A stretch of 64,000 nucleotides of DNA, taken from the NCBI GenBank assembly GCA_963695555.1, contig CAVOGR010000007.1, positions 320,001-384,000 on the forward strand, written 5' to 3'. Shown in pieces: positions 39,067-48,659 of the stretch; within the stretch, counting starts at the first letter, position 1; each line of letters opens with the position of its first letter. A program made the translations under genes and the position numbers. A model generated the notes under the pieces. The model worked only from the letters and a program-made list of their open reading frames with translations, searched no databases and was not told where the DNA came from. Origin of the DNA: an uncultured Gemmatimonadales bacterium. GTDB lineage: Bacteria; Gemmatimonadota; Gemmatimonadetes; Gemmatimonadales; GWC2-71-9.

Positions 39067-40151
39067 GCGGGCCCCGGATCCGGTTCCAGCGTGTCCGGGG
39101 CTTCGCCAATGCCACGGAGTCCACGCTGGACCCAGTGCCACAGAACGAAGAACCCGAACGCGATCGTGAAGTAACTCAGAATGAGCCGCCAGATCATGGT
39201 GTAGAGCGGCGTCATGGCAACCGGCACATAGACCGACATGACCACGGCCGAGGTGAGTTCCGCCACACCCGATGCGCCGGGGGTAGGCACGAAGTACAGG
39301 AGAAACGTGATCAGCGTTTGCACCAGCAGCACATCAACAAATTGTGCCTCGATACCGACGGCGCGGAGCGCGACGTATCCGGCCAACAACTTGTTGGCAT
39401 GGGAGGGACCGGAAATAATCGTCGCCCACAGAAGCGCGAGCCACCCGCGCGGGGTATTGAATTTCTCGACGCTCTCGTGCGCGGTATCGATGCCGGCCTG
39501 GAGCTGGGCCAGCTTGTTGGCGACCCGCGTGCTGCGCCGACCGGCGAAGATGGCGAGGCGATGGATCAGATCCCGGACGATCCGCGGGAAGATGATGATG
39601 ATGACCAGCAGCACGCCGAGCCCGGCGAAGATCCCGAGGCTGCCGAGGAAGAGATCGTACAACGACAAGCCCAGCACATTGCCCTTCTCGCCGAGGGACT
39701 TCCCCGCCCCAGAGAGAATGGCGAGCGGGCCGGCAATCGCGAAGAATGCAACCGTGGCGATGAAGGTCATGAGCGTCGCGGCCATCGCGACGGGCACCGG
39801 CACGCCGTAGCGCCGCATGGTGTAGATCATGAGCGGTGCCGCGCCCGATTGCATCGGCGTGACGTAGGCGGCCCACGCACTCATCCCGCCGGCGAGCACC
39901 ATCCCCTTGAACGGCGGATCGGGATGCAGGACCCGTGTTACGACCCACAGCCGAAGCCCGCCTCCCAGCCAATCCATTGACGCGAGACCCAAGCCCACCA
40001 CGATCCACTCCCAGTGGATTCGGGTGAGGCTCTCCAGAAAGGCGGGGATGTTGTTGCCGTAGATGAGGACTGCGATGTACCCGATCAGCGAGATCAGAAC
40101 GAAGATCTGGAATCCCCGGACCAGGAGCTTGGGCGAGAGAACACGTGCCAT
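39063..40151 (-). CDS. Lysylphosphatidylglycerol synthase TM-domain (flippase-like) protein
   Basis: Multiple TM segments, TPMQSGAAP, PTPGASGVAE, WRLILSY. Confidence 0.85.
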   Translation of the reverse strand: MARVLSPKLLVRGFQIFVLISLIGYIAVLIYGNNIPAFLESLTRIHWEWIVVGLGLASMDWLGGGLRLWVVTRVLHPDPPFKGMVLAGGMSAWAAYVTPMQSGAAPLMIYTMRRYGVPVPVAMAATLMTFIATVAFFAIAGPLAILSGAGKSLGEKGNVLGLSLYDLFLGSLGIFAGLGVLLVIIIIFPRIVRDLIHRLAIFAGRRSTRVANKLAQLQAGIDTAHESVEKFNTPRGWLALLWATIISGPSHANKLLAGYVALRAVGIEAQFVDVLLVQTLITFLLYFVPTPGASGVAELTSAVVMSVYVPVAMTPLYTMIWRLILSYFTIAFGFFVLWHWVQRGLRGIGEAPDTLEPDPGPA

Positions 40152-40231
40152 GGGAGGTGGAAACGTATCGGTCCAGGGAGGCTTGCGGTAGGGTAGCTGC
40201 CCGCACCAACCCGCCGTGCTATTGTTCTTCC

Positions 40232-43063
40232 ATGGACGGCTCCGTCATTCGCATCGTGAATGCCACCCAGCACAACCTGAAAGGCATCACCGTCGACCTG
40301 CCGCATCGGCAGCTGATCGTCATTACCGGGCCGTCCGGCTCCGGCAAGAGCAGCCTCGCATTCGACACGCTCTATGCCGAAGGGCAGCGACGATACATCG
40401 AGTCGCTCTCGACCTACGCCAAACAATTCCTGGATCGCATGCCGAAGCCGGCGGTGGACCGGCTGGAGGGGCTGGCGCCCGCCGTCGCGATCGAGCAGCA
40501 CAACCCGACGGTGTCGAGCCGCTCGACCGTCGGGACAGCCACGGAAGTTTACGATTTCCTCCGGCTGCTCTGGGCCCGGATCGGGACGACCTACTGTCGC
40601 CAGTGCGACACCGCGGTGACCCAGGATACGCCCGAGTCGGCCGCCGCGGTCATCCAGGCTCGGGCCACGGGCAAGGTCCAGGTCACCTTTCCACTCCCCC
40701 CGAGCGCCCGGCCCAGTCACCAAGCTATCGTCGAGAACCTGGTGGCCCTGGGCTTCGTGCGTGCGGTCGCGGACGGTACCCCCATCGAGCTCGAGCGGTG
40801 CCCATCGGATCTCGACTTGACGGCAGTCACGGATCTCTTGGTTGTCGTGGACCGCCTCACCGTCGGGACTGCCGCGCGGGCCCGGCTCACCGAATCGATC
40901 GCGACCGCGTTCGCCGAGGGAGAAGGCGTCGCCGTCGTGCTCCACGACGATGCCAGGCTCCGCTTCACCGAGGCCCCGACGTGCAGCCGGTGCGACCTCG
41001 CCGCGAGCCCTATCACCCCGGCGCTCTTTTCCTTCAATAGCCCCCGCGGCGCCTGCGGCACCTGCAATGGATTCGGCGCGGTCCTCGAATACGACGAGAC
41101 CCTGATCGTGCCTGACCGGTCCCGCTCACTAGCCGATGGGGCGATCGACCCGTGGACCAAGCCGCGCTACGGCAGCCGGCGCCGCTTGCTGCTCACGACA
41201 GCCAAACAGCTTGGTGCCGATCCCGACCGTCCGTGGGCTTCGCTCAAGGCCGCCGCCCGCCGCCAGCTGCTCCACGGACGACAGGGACGCTACGTCGGAA
41301 TCTTTCCGTTCCTCAAAGACCTGGAGGTCAAGCGCTACAAGCAGTACATCCGCGTGTTTCTCCGACAGTATCAACTCGCGCGTGAATGTCCCAGCTGCCG
41401 GGGTGCGCGCCTCAACGAGGACGCGCTCGCCGTCAGGATCGGCCGGGACACCATCGCCGACGTGGCTGCCCGGTCCATTGACGGCATCGCCGAATGGCTC
41501 GTGGGCCTGGACCTGACGGACACGGAGCGCCAGGTGGCCCACCTGATCCTGCAGCAACTCGATGAACGGGTGAGCTTCCTGCGCGATGTGGGCCTCGGGT
41601 ATCTGACCCTGTCACGGCAGACGCGCACGCTGTCCGGCGGCGAAGCGCAACGCATCGGCCTCGCCAACGCCCTCGGCGCGCGTTTGGTCGATGCGCTGTA
41701 CGTGCTGGACGAGCCCTCGATCGGCCTCCATGCGCGCGACATCGACCGCCTGCTGGGCCTGTTGCGGCGGCTCAGGGATCACGGCAACACCGTGATCGTG
41801 GTGGAGCACGACCACACTGCCATTCAGCAGGCGGACTTCATGCTCGAGCTCGGTCCCGCCTCGGGCCAGCACGGCGGCGAAGTCGTCTACGCCGGCCCGC
41901 CCAGCGGTGCGACCGAGTCGCTCACCGGGCAATACCTGAGCGGGCGGAAGCGGATCGGAGTGCCGAGTGCCCGGCGGGTCGTCGGACCACAACGGTTGGA
42001 GGCGCGCGGGGCTCGGCTCCACAATCTCGACGGAATCGACGTCGACATTCCACTCGGCACGCTGACCGCAGTCACCGGGGTGTCGGGATCCGGCAAGAGT
42101 ACACTGGTCCACGACGTGTTGTATCGGAATCTCCAGGCCAAGATCCGGGGCGCACACTCGGCAAAGTCGCATCTGGGCGAGCCGGTGGGCGAGGTCGCAT
42201 CGCTCACGGGCTGGCAGCATCTCGACGATGTGCTTCTCATCGACCAATCTCCCATCGGACGCTCGCCCCGGTCCAACCCGATCACCTACATCCGAGCGTT
42301 CCAGGAGATCCGCGAGTTGTTCGCCGAGCAGCCGTTGGCGCGCGAGCGCGGATATTCGGCGTCGACATTCTCCTTCAATCTCCCGGAGGGGCGCTGCCCG
42401 GAGTGTGAAGGCGCGGGACACATCCGGGTGGAGATGGTGTTCCTGGCCGACGTGTTCGTGCCGTGCGACATGTGCGGCGGGGACCGCTTCAAGAAGGAAA
42501 TCCTCGACGTCACTATCCGAGGCTACTCCATTCGGGACGTGCTGCAGTGGACCGTGGACGAGGCCATCCCACGGTTCCATCACCAGCCGAAGCTCGGCGC
42601 GGCGCTCTGGCAGCTCCAACAAGTCGGCTTGGGGTACCTGACCCTGGGGCAGCCGGCGACGACGCTGTCCGGCGGCGAAGCCCAACGCCTCAAGATCGCG
42701 CGTGAGTTATTGCGGGCGAAGAAACAGGGCCGAACGCTCTACATCCTGGACGAACCGACGACGGGGCTCCATCTCGAGGACGTGCGCGTGTTGATCAAGG
42801 TGCTCGACCGACTGGTCGACGCCGGCCACACCGTGGTCGTAATCGAACATCATCTCGACGTCATCAAGCGGGCGGACTGGGTCATCGACCTGGGTCCCGA
42901 GGCCGGGCCGGGGGGCGGCAAGGTCGTGATTCAAGGTACGCCGGAGGATGTGGCCGTGGCGCCGGGCTCGCACACGGGTCGCTACTTGCACGCGGTGCTC
43001 CGCGAGCCCGAGGCTGGCCCGACTTCCGATGCTCCCCAGCGGACCATGTCCTCCGCTCGGTAG
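40232..43063 (+). CDS. uvrA: Excinuclease ABC subunit A
   Basis: GPSGSGKSSLAFDTLYAEGQRRY, two LSGGEAQR signatures, GVSGSGKSTL, zinc fingers. Confidence 0.95.
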   Translation: MDGSVIRIVNATQHNLKGITVDLPHRQLIVITGPSGSGKSSLAFDTLYAEGQRRYIESLSTYAKQFLDRMPKPAVDRLEGLAPAVAIEQHNPTVSSRSTVGTATEVYDFLRLLWARIGTTYCRQCDTAVTQDTPESAAAVIQARATGKVQVTFPLPPSARPSHQAIVENLVALGFVRAVADGTPIELERCPSDLDLTAVTDLLVVVDRLTVGTAARARLTESIATAFAEGEGVAVVLHDDARLRFTEAPTCSRCDLAASPITPALFSFNSPRGACGTCNGFGAVLEYDETLIVPDRSRSLADGAIDPWTKPRYGSRRRLLLTTAKQLGADPDRPWASLKAAARRQLLHGRQGRYVGIFPFLKDLEVKRYKQYIRVFLRQYQLARECPSCRGARLNEDALAVRIGRDTIADVAARSIDGIAEWLVGLDLTDTERQVAHLILQQLDERVSFLRDVGLGYLTLSRQTRTLSGGEAQRIGLANALGARLVDALYVLDEPSIGLHARDIDRLLGLLRRLRDHGNTVIVVEHDHTAIQQADFMLELGPASGQHGGEVVYAGPPSGATESLTGQYLSGRKRIGVPSARRVVGPQRLEARGARLHNLDGIDVDIPLGTLTAVTGVSGSGKSTLVHDVLYRNLQAKIRGAHSAKSHLGEPVGEVASLTGWQHLDDVLLIDQSPIGRSPRSNPITYIRAFQEIRELFAEQPLARERGYSASTFSFNLPEGRCPECEGAGHIRVEMVFLADVFVPCDMCGGDRFKKEILDVTIRGYSIRDVLQWTVDEAIPRFHHQPKLGAALWQLQQVGLGYLTLGQPATTLSGGEAQRLKIARELLRAKKQGRTLYILDEPTTGLHLEDVRVLIKVLDRLVDAGHTVVVIEHHLDVIKRADWVIDLGPEAGPGGGKVVIQGTPEDVAVAPGSHTGRYLHAVLREPEAGPTSDAPQRTMSSAR

Positions 43064-43090
43064 CGGAGACACGGGGTATCGCAGCGTAAC

Positions 43091-43122
43091 AAACGAGGCG
43101 GCCTGACCTGGCCGCCTCGTTT
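43091..43122. terminator. Bidirectional terminator between convergent uvrA and nirS
   Basis: Perfect 13-bp inverted repeat AAACGAGGCGGCC-TGACCT-GGCCGCCTCGTTT. Confidence 0.8.
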
Positions 43123-43156
43123 GACTTCTCCGCCCTCCAGGCAGCAGCGAGACCTG

Positions 43157-45127
43157 CTAGTAGATGTCCTCCGCCGTGTTGTGGACGTTGAACTTCCCGG
43201 TGGGCGTTACCAACCAGTCGCCCTTGATCCGTCGCTTTTCCTTCAGGGTCTTATCGTCATACACCACGATCTCGCCGGCCCGGTCCCAGACGGACACCCA
43301 CACCTCGGTCCCTGCCCGGTTGAATTCGAAGTGGGTCGCGGTGCCGTGATCGGCCACGGACCAGCAACGATCGACCACGCCCTTTTGCTTGGAGTAGACG
43401 CACACCTTGCGGGCGGCTTCGGGATCGTTGTTGAGCGGCATGTCGAACCACACCCACGGTGAGTTCGCGTGGGTCTTGAGGAACAGGCTGCCGGTGCCGT
43501 CAAGCGGAACCTGCCGCACCACCTTCCAGGCGTGCTCCGGGTGATTCGCGGGATCGGCGCCGTACACCGCCAGGAGGCCCTGGCCGATGTGCGTCGTGCC
43601 GTTGACCCAGCCGTACTCCGGATCCTGCCAGTTGGCGCCCCGGCCCGGGTGGGGTTTGATGCCGGTCTCGAAGGTGGTCACCAGCTTCTGCTCCTGGACG
43701 TCGATGACCGCCATCTTGTTTTCCATGTTGGCCGCGACCAGGAAATACCGACCGGTGTGGTCCCAGCCGCCGTCATGGAGGAACCGCTCGGCGGGAATGC
43801 GCGACACCACCGGAAAACCCTGCTTCGAGTAATCGACGATGGCCACGTGCCCCGATTCCTTGAGCGCCACGACCCACACCGGATCGGTATGGGACGCGAT
43901 GATGGCCGCCACCCGGACCTCCGCGAGCGGTTCATCGGTGCGGATCGCGTTCCCTTCGACACCGGTGACGGACAGCGGCTCGAGGGTCAGTCCATCGTAG
44001 ACAACGAATTGAGTCGGCCAATAGCAGCCTTCGATCAAGTACCGGTCCTCGTACCCCTTGTACTTGCTGCCTTCGACGCTCCGCGCATCGATGCACCCCT
44101 GCGCCTGGGCGACCAGCGAGGGCTCCTTGCTCCAGAGATCGATCAGCGTCACACGGCCATCGCGCCCGACCGCATAGAAATACCGGCCGGTGGACGAGGA
44201 GCGCAGGATGTGCACCGCGAAGCCGGTGTTGATCACCGACACCAGTTCGTAGGTGTCGCCGTCGAGGATGGCGACCTTTCCGGCGTCACGCAGGATCACG
44301 CCGAAGAAGTTCTCCCAGTTGCGCTTGGTCTGGGGTGAGGTTGGCCGGTCCTTGACCGGAATGCGCAGCTCCCAACTGTTCCGGATTTCCGACAGCGGCT
44401 TGGCCGGCGGCGCCGGCGGCTCGAGCTGCACGTACTTGGCCATCAGTTCGATTTCTTCGGCCGAGAGCACACCCGACAATCCCCAGGCAGGCATCCCGCC
44501 TGGCGTGCCGCTCGTGAGGATGGCCTTGAGCGCCGAGGTGCCAATCTGAGTGGTGCGCGCAGGCTGGATGTTCGGGCCGGTGGCCCCGGCGCGCAGCGTG
44601 CCGTGGCAGCCGGCGCAGCGGTCGAAGAAGATGCGTTGGCCCTGCTTGAACTCGGCCTCCGACAGCTCGACCGGGCCGGTATCCTCAACCTCACGGCCCT
44701 CAACTTCTCCCATGCTCACGAGCTGGATGTACTCCAGCACCTGACCGATCTCGTCGCGCGACAAATTTGGCGGAGACATCGGGACCTTCCATTCCGCCAA
44801 GAGGGCTTTGCCGATGGAATCGTCTTTCGCCATGCCGAGCGGGTCCTCCATCCAGCGGACCAGCCACTCGCCGGTTCGCCGCTCATGCACGTTCTTCAGG
44901 TCCGGTCCCACCCGAGGTCCTTCACCGATCGAGTGACAGGCGAAGCACGAACGGTCGAAGATGGCCTGGCCCGGGTGGGTCGAGGCGATCTTGCCCTCGG
45001 GGAGGACCAACGCCTGGTCCTGGGCTGCGCGATCCGACTTGCACCCTGACATGGAGACGAGCGCCGCGAGTGCGACGCACACCGAGACCGGCAGGAGCCT
45101 TGGGAAGTACCGTGTTCCAGCGTGCAT
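43157..45127 (-). CDS. nirS: Cytochrome cd1 nitrite reductase with an extra N-terminal cytochrome c domain and lipoprotein signal
   Basis: SD GGAGGT, lipobox MSGC (Cys29), CFACH, NirS-type CAGCHGTLRAGATG and GGMP, d1-domain motifs TGFAVHILR, FLHDGGWD, PHPGRGAN, SLFLKTH, TPTGKFNVHNT. Confidence 0.92.
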   Translation of the reverse strand: MHAGTRYFPRLLPVSVCVALAALVSMSGCKSDRAAQDQALVLPEGKIASTHPGQAIFDRSCFACHSIGEGPRVGPDLKNVHERRTGEWLVRWMEDPLGMAKDDSIGKALLAEWKVPMSPPNLSRDEIGQVLEYIQLVSMGEVEGREVEDTGPVELSEAEFKQGQRIFFDRCAGCHGTLRAGATGPNIQPARTTQIGTSALKAILTSGTPGGMPAWGLSGVLSAEEIELMAKYVQLEPPAPPAKPLSEIRNSWELRIPVKDRPTSPQTKRNWENFFGVILRDAGKVAILDGDTYELVSVINTGFAVHILRSSSTGRYFYAVGRDGRVTLIDLWSKEPSLVAQAQGCIDARSVEGSKYKGYEDRYLIEGCYWPTQFVVYDGLTLEPLSVTGVEGNAIRTDEPLAEVRVAAIIASHTDPVWVVALKESGHVAIVDYSKQGFPVVSRIPAERFLHDGGWDHTGRYFLVAANMENKMAVIDVQEQKLVTTFETGIKPHPGRGANWQDPEYGWVNGTTHIGQGLLAVYGADPANHPEHAWKVVRQVPLDGTGSLFLKTHANSPWVWFDMPLNNDPEAARKVCVYSKQKGVVDRCWSVADHGTATHFEFNRAGTEVWVSVWDRAGEIVVYDDKTLKEKRRIKGDWLVTPTGKFNVHNTAEDIY

Positions 45128-45180
45128 ATGTCGAACCTCCGAGGTGGTTGACCTCCCGCAGGAGGCCTGCGATGCAGTTC

Positions 45181-47337
45181 CTAGAAACCGAACGACCAGG
45201 CAAACGTGATGCTCCGCTTCGGCTCCGGCCGGAAGAACCCAACGTTGGGCGCTTCGGCGTAGAGCGTGTTGGTCAGATTGGTCACCGAGACGGCGAGTTG
45301 CTGACGGCCCAGCGACAACCCTCCATGCAGGCCGTGCACGGTAAATGACGGGATGACATCACCGACCGGGCTGGCTGCTAACTCGACGTCGTCGCGCCGT
45401 CCGTTGTGCCGAACGGCATACTCGACCCAGTATCGCCCATCCGGGCGGGCATAGCGCACCGTCGCGGTGAGTTTGCTCGAGTAGCCGTCGCCCAACGGCA
45501 CGTTCGGGTCGCCGACCGTCCGGGGGGACAAGTGGGAGTAGCCTGTCCCGAGCGTCACACGATCGCCCAATCGCACGGTCGCCGCCAACTCGATGCCGGT
45601 GATGCGCAGCTGGTCGATATTGATGTTCTGGAACTCGGTGACCCCGTTTACTTGATTGCCCGTCGGTGTGATCCGGATGGCGTCGTGCACCGTATTCCGG
45701 AAGACGAATCCCTCCACATACACCGGTCCGGATCGGAACCGCAGTCCGACTTCGGTGTTGAGGCTGGTTTCGGCATCGAGATCGAGGTTTCGTATCCAGA
45801 ACCCTCGGCCTTCCGGTGATGGACCGTTGAAGAAGCGCTCGACCAGATTGGGCGACCGGAAGGCGCGACCCACGGTAGCCACCACGCTCAGCTCAGCCGT
45901 CGCCCGGTAGAGCACGCTCGCCGAGCCCACCACGTTTCGATCGGTGTCGACGAACAGCGGATCGGTCAGACCCGGTGTCGTCCGTGTCGAGGCCCGCACG
46001 TCCTGGTACCGGCCGCCGACGATCAGGTCGGCCCGAGGGCTCAGGCTCACGGCCAGCTGAACGAAACCGCCGAGGCTCCGGAAGGTCGCGTCCGGGAGCC
46101 GCGGCGTGCCGCGGATGGTCGGACTCGGTGGCCCGGTCCCGAGGACCGTGGTGATGGTGGTGTCGGTGTTGCGCGAATTGTCTCGATAGAGATCGACCCC
46201 GTAGGTCACCAGATGGCGGCCGCCGACCAGCTTCTTGAACTCGGCGCGGAATCCGTAGGTCGCGATGTCCGTGAAGTTCCGGCTTTGGATGCTGACGCCG
46301 GCCCCGGCCGGGGCCGGCTGGGGGAAGGGCGAGAACACATTGGTATGGAACTCACGCTCGTTGTCTTGCAGGTATGCCGAGACCTCGAGACCGTCGAACG
46401 GCCCGACCCCAAGGTCGGCGCCTCGGTACCCGGCCGTGTAGCGCTCGAATCGTTGCGACGGGAAGAGCAGCTGAACCGTGGAGAGACCTGCCCCCAAGAC
46501 GCTGGGATCAACCAAGCCGAACCCCGCCTTCTCAGCCCGATAGCGATCGTACTTGGCAAAGACATCGTGTCGGGACGAGAGCCGATAGGCGACGGAGCCG
46601 CTCACGGAATAGTCTTCGACCCCGGTATCCTGGACCCGGGTGTTACCCGCCAGGGCCACGAGGCCGAACCGGCCGCCTGGCGCCTCGTACGGATCCGCCG
46701 TTCGATAGCTGCCGGTAAGGCGGAACGACACCGGGCCCGACCCGCCAAACAGGGTCGCGGCGGGCCGGCTCTGATTGTCGACCGTGCTGTACCGGTAGGA
46801 GACCTTCCCGTGAACCACCGTGCCGCGCGCCGCCAGGGGCGGGCCGCGGGTGATGAGGTTGATCACTCCCCCGATGGCGTCGGACCCATAGAGCACGGAG
46901 GACGCCCCCCGAACGATCTCGATCCGGTCCAGGGTGGATACGTCCACCAGCGCGGGGATCTCACCGGAGTCCTGGCGGCGACGCGAGTTGTTCAGCCTGA
47001 GCCCATCCTCCAACACGAGAATGCGCTGACCTTGGAGCCCGCGAATAATCGGTTGCCGCTGGGTGGTGCCAACACCGTCCAGGTCGAGGCCGGGCACCTC
47101 GAGGAAGAGATCCGCGGCACTATTGGGCTGCCGCTCGCGGAGGAGCGCCGAGTCCAACACCGTGACCGACATCGGCGTGTCGAACCCAAGGCGCGGGTCC
47201 CGGGTCGCCGTCACATTGAGATCGCGAACGCGGTAGGCCTCGTTGATGGTCTGCGCCGGGGCGAAGCCGGGAATTGCCAGAGTCAGCATGGCCAATACCA
47301 GCAACCAGCGTCCCAACGCCACCCGGCTCGGCCGCAT
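45181..47337 (-). CDS. TonB-dependent receptor, heme/hemoglobin-receptor-like; start may be 47388
   Basis: Signal peptide, TonB-box-like DLNVTATR, plug PIIRG and RIEIVRGASSVLYGSDAIGGVIN, FRSP...NLDL, C-terminal Phe. Confidence 0.9.
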   Translation of the reverse strand: MRPSRVALGRWLLVLAMLTLAIPGFAPAQTINEAYRVRDLNVTATRDPRLGFDTPMSVTVLDSALLRERQPNSAADLFLEVPGLDLDGVGTTQRQPIIRGLQGQRILVLEDGLRLNNSRRRQDSGEIPALVDVSTLDRIEIVRGASSVLYGSDAIGGVINLITRGPPLAARGTVVHGKVSYRYSTVDNQSRPAATLFGGSGPVSFRLTGSYRTADPYEAPGGRFGLVALAGNTRVQDTGVEDYSVSGSVAYRLSSRHDVFAKYDRYRAEKAGFGLVDPSVLGAGLSTVQLLFPSQRFERYTAGYRGADLGVGPFDGLEVSAYLQDNEREFHTNVFSPFPQPAPAGAGVSIQSRNFTDIATYGFRAEFKKLVGGRHLVTYGVDLYRDNSRNTDTTITTVLGTGPPSPTIRGTPRLPDATFRSLGGFVQLAVSLSPRADLIVGGRYQDVRASTRTTPGLTDPLFVDTDRNVVGSASVLYRATAELSVVATVGRAFRSPNLVERFFNGPSPEGRGFWIRNLDLDAETSLNTEVGLRFRSGPVYVEGFVFRNTVHDAIRITPTGNQVNGVTEFQNINIDQLRITGIELAATVRLGDRVTLGTGYSHLSPRTVGDPNVPLGDGYSSKLTATVRYARPDGRYWVEYAVRHNGRRDDVELAASPVGDVIPSFTVHGLHGGLSLGRQQLAVSVTNLTNTLYAEAPNVGFFRPEPKRSITFAWSFGF

Positions 47338-47388
47338 CGGAGTCGAGCGAGCCGAACTCGGCCCCGGCAGAGGGAATCCCGTCAACAC

Positions 47389-48582
47389 TCAGAAGGCCGC
47401 GTTCAGCATGATGTAGACCCACGTCATATTCTCGCCCAGCCGGCCGATCTCGCTGAAGGCGTCGGCGGCAAACACGTACGACAGCCCGCCGGTGAACGAC
47501 AGGTTGGGGCTGTAGCGGTAGCTGCTCGTGAGGTCGAGCTCTTCGCCCAGGTGTTTGGTGCTGAAGAGGCCCTGCTTGGCGAGGTGGAAGGAATGCAGGT
47601 CGGCCGCGAGGGTCAGGTCATCGCGTAGCGCGTACGATCCCTTGAGCGCGATGTCCTGCAGGCCGAGGCCGGCCGTGTGGGCCGGAATGTCGAGAAACAG
47701 GTCGGCGAAGCCGTAGAACTTGTGGTTGGTGGCGAACAGGGTGCTGAAGACCTTGGTCTTCCCATCGCCCGGATCGTCGTCGCCCGACAGATAGTCGTAC
47801 CAGGCGGTGACCTGCCCCTTCCCGTCGGCGAAGCGAGTGCCCGCGCGCGCACCCAGCATGAAGGCGGATACATCAACGCCGGCTCGATCGCCGGTTTGAA
47901 CGTAGAGCTCGCCGCGGTAGATGACGCCTGACCTTTCCCCGGCCAGTCGCGCCCCGAGGGTGCCTTGGTTGGTGTTGGCCAGCGTGGCCTCGACGTGGTC
48001 ATAGAGAGCGTAGAGCTCGAGCGTCCCGCCCGCGACGTTCTTGACCTCGCCGATGGCACCGATGAATGCCCCGTCATTCGGCACCGCCGGCGAGGTTGCA
48101 TCGGACAGCTGGTACCCGAATACCGTCACCCCGCCCCACCCGCTGCCGCCATAGAGGCGGACGCCGTCGAACGCGCGGCCCTGCTGGGTCCAATCGACCG
48201 CCCCGATGAGGCGCTGGCCGCCCGCGTTCATCTCTTGCCGCCCGACTCGCACCATGCGGTGCTTGTCTTTGCTGGCGAGCTCGATGAAGCCTTGATGGAG
48301 ATCGAAGTTGTCCGCCTCGAAATCGGCGAGCGTGCTCGACTCTTCGCCCCAGATTCGTACATCTTGCAACTCGACGAACACCCGGACATCGCGCTTCAGC
48401 GTGGCGTCGACGTGCGCGCGAACCCGCATGGACGTAAAGGCGTCGTCGTCACCACCCACTGGCTCTCGATACTCGGTGCGCGGACGTACTTGCGCGCCGA
48501 AGGTGGCCTCTTGAGCGACGGCGACGCTCGTGAGGCACATGGTGCAGGTCAGCGACAGGGCGAGGACGGGCTGGACTCTCAT
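47389..48582 (-). CDS. Alginate-export-family outer-membrane beta-barrel channel
   Basis: SD GAGGA, signal peptide, RPRTEYR, QDVRIWG, VGRQE..RLIG..DW.QQGRAFD, YDYLSGD, ATNHKFYGFADLF, C-terminal Phe. Confidence 0.85.
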   Translation of the reverse strand: MRVQPVLALSLTCTMCLTSVAVAQEATFGAQVRPRTEYREPVGGDDDAFTSMRVRAHVDATLKRDVRVFVELQDVRIWGEESSTLADFEADNFDLHQGFIELASKDKHRMVRVGRQEMNAGGQRLIGAVDWTQQGRAFDGVRLYGGSGWGGVTVFGYQLSDATSPAVPNDGAFIGAIGEVKNVAGGTLELYALYDHVEATLANTNQGTLGARLAGERSGVIYRGELYVQTGDRAGVDVSAFMLGARAGTRFADGKGQVTAWYDYLSGDDDPGDGKTKVFSTLFATNHKFYGFADLFLDIPAHTAGLGLQDIALKGSYALRDDLTLAADLHSFHLAKQGLFSTKHLGEELDLTSSYRYSPNLSFTGGLSYVFAADAFSEIGRLGENMTWVYIMLNAAF

Positions 48583-48617
48583 GGCAATCCTCGAAATGGA
48601 GGCGTCGGCTCCACGGG

Positions 48618-48659
48618 AAAGTACCGCCAAATTCTAAATCGGACAAGTTTGTCATATTT
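48618..48659 (-). promoter_or_regulatory. Promoter and palindromic operator of the porin-TonB-nirS operon
   Basis: Minus strand TTGTCC-N17-TACTTT. Palindrome AAAT-N2-GACAA-N2-TTGTC-N2-ATTT at 48636-48659 overlaps the -35 element. Confidence 0.6.

Noticed and set aside
43157..45127. Alternative call as NirN or NirF
   Set aside because: The NirS-type heme c context (CAGCHG.LR.GATG), both catalytic His motifs and the TGKFNV.NT terminus are all present.
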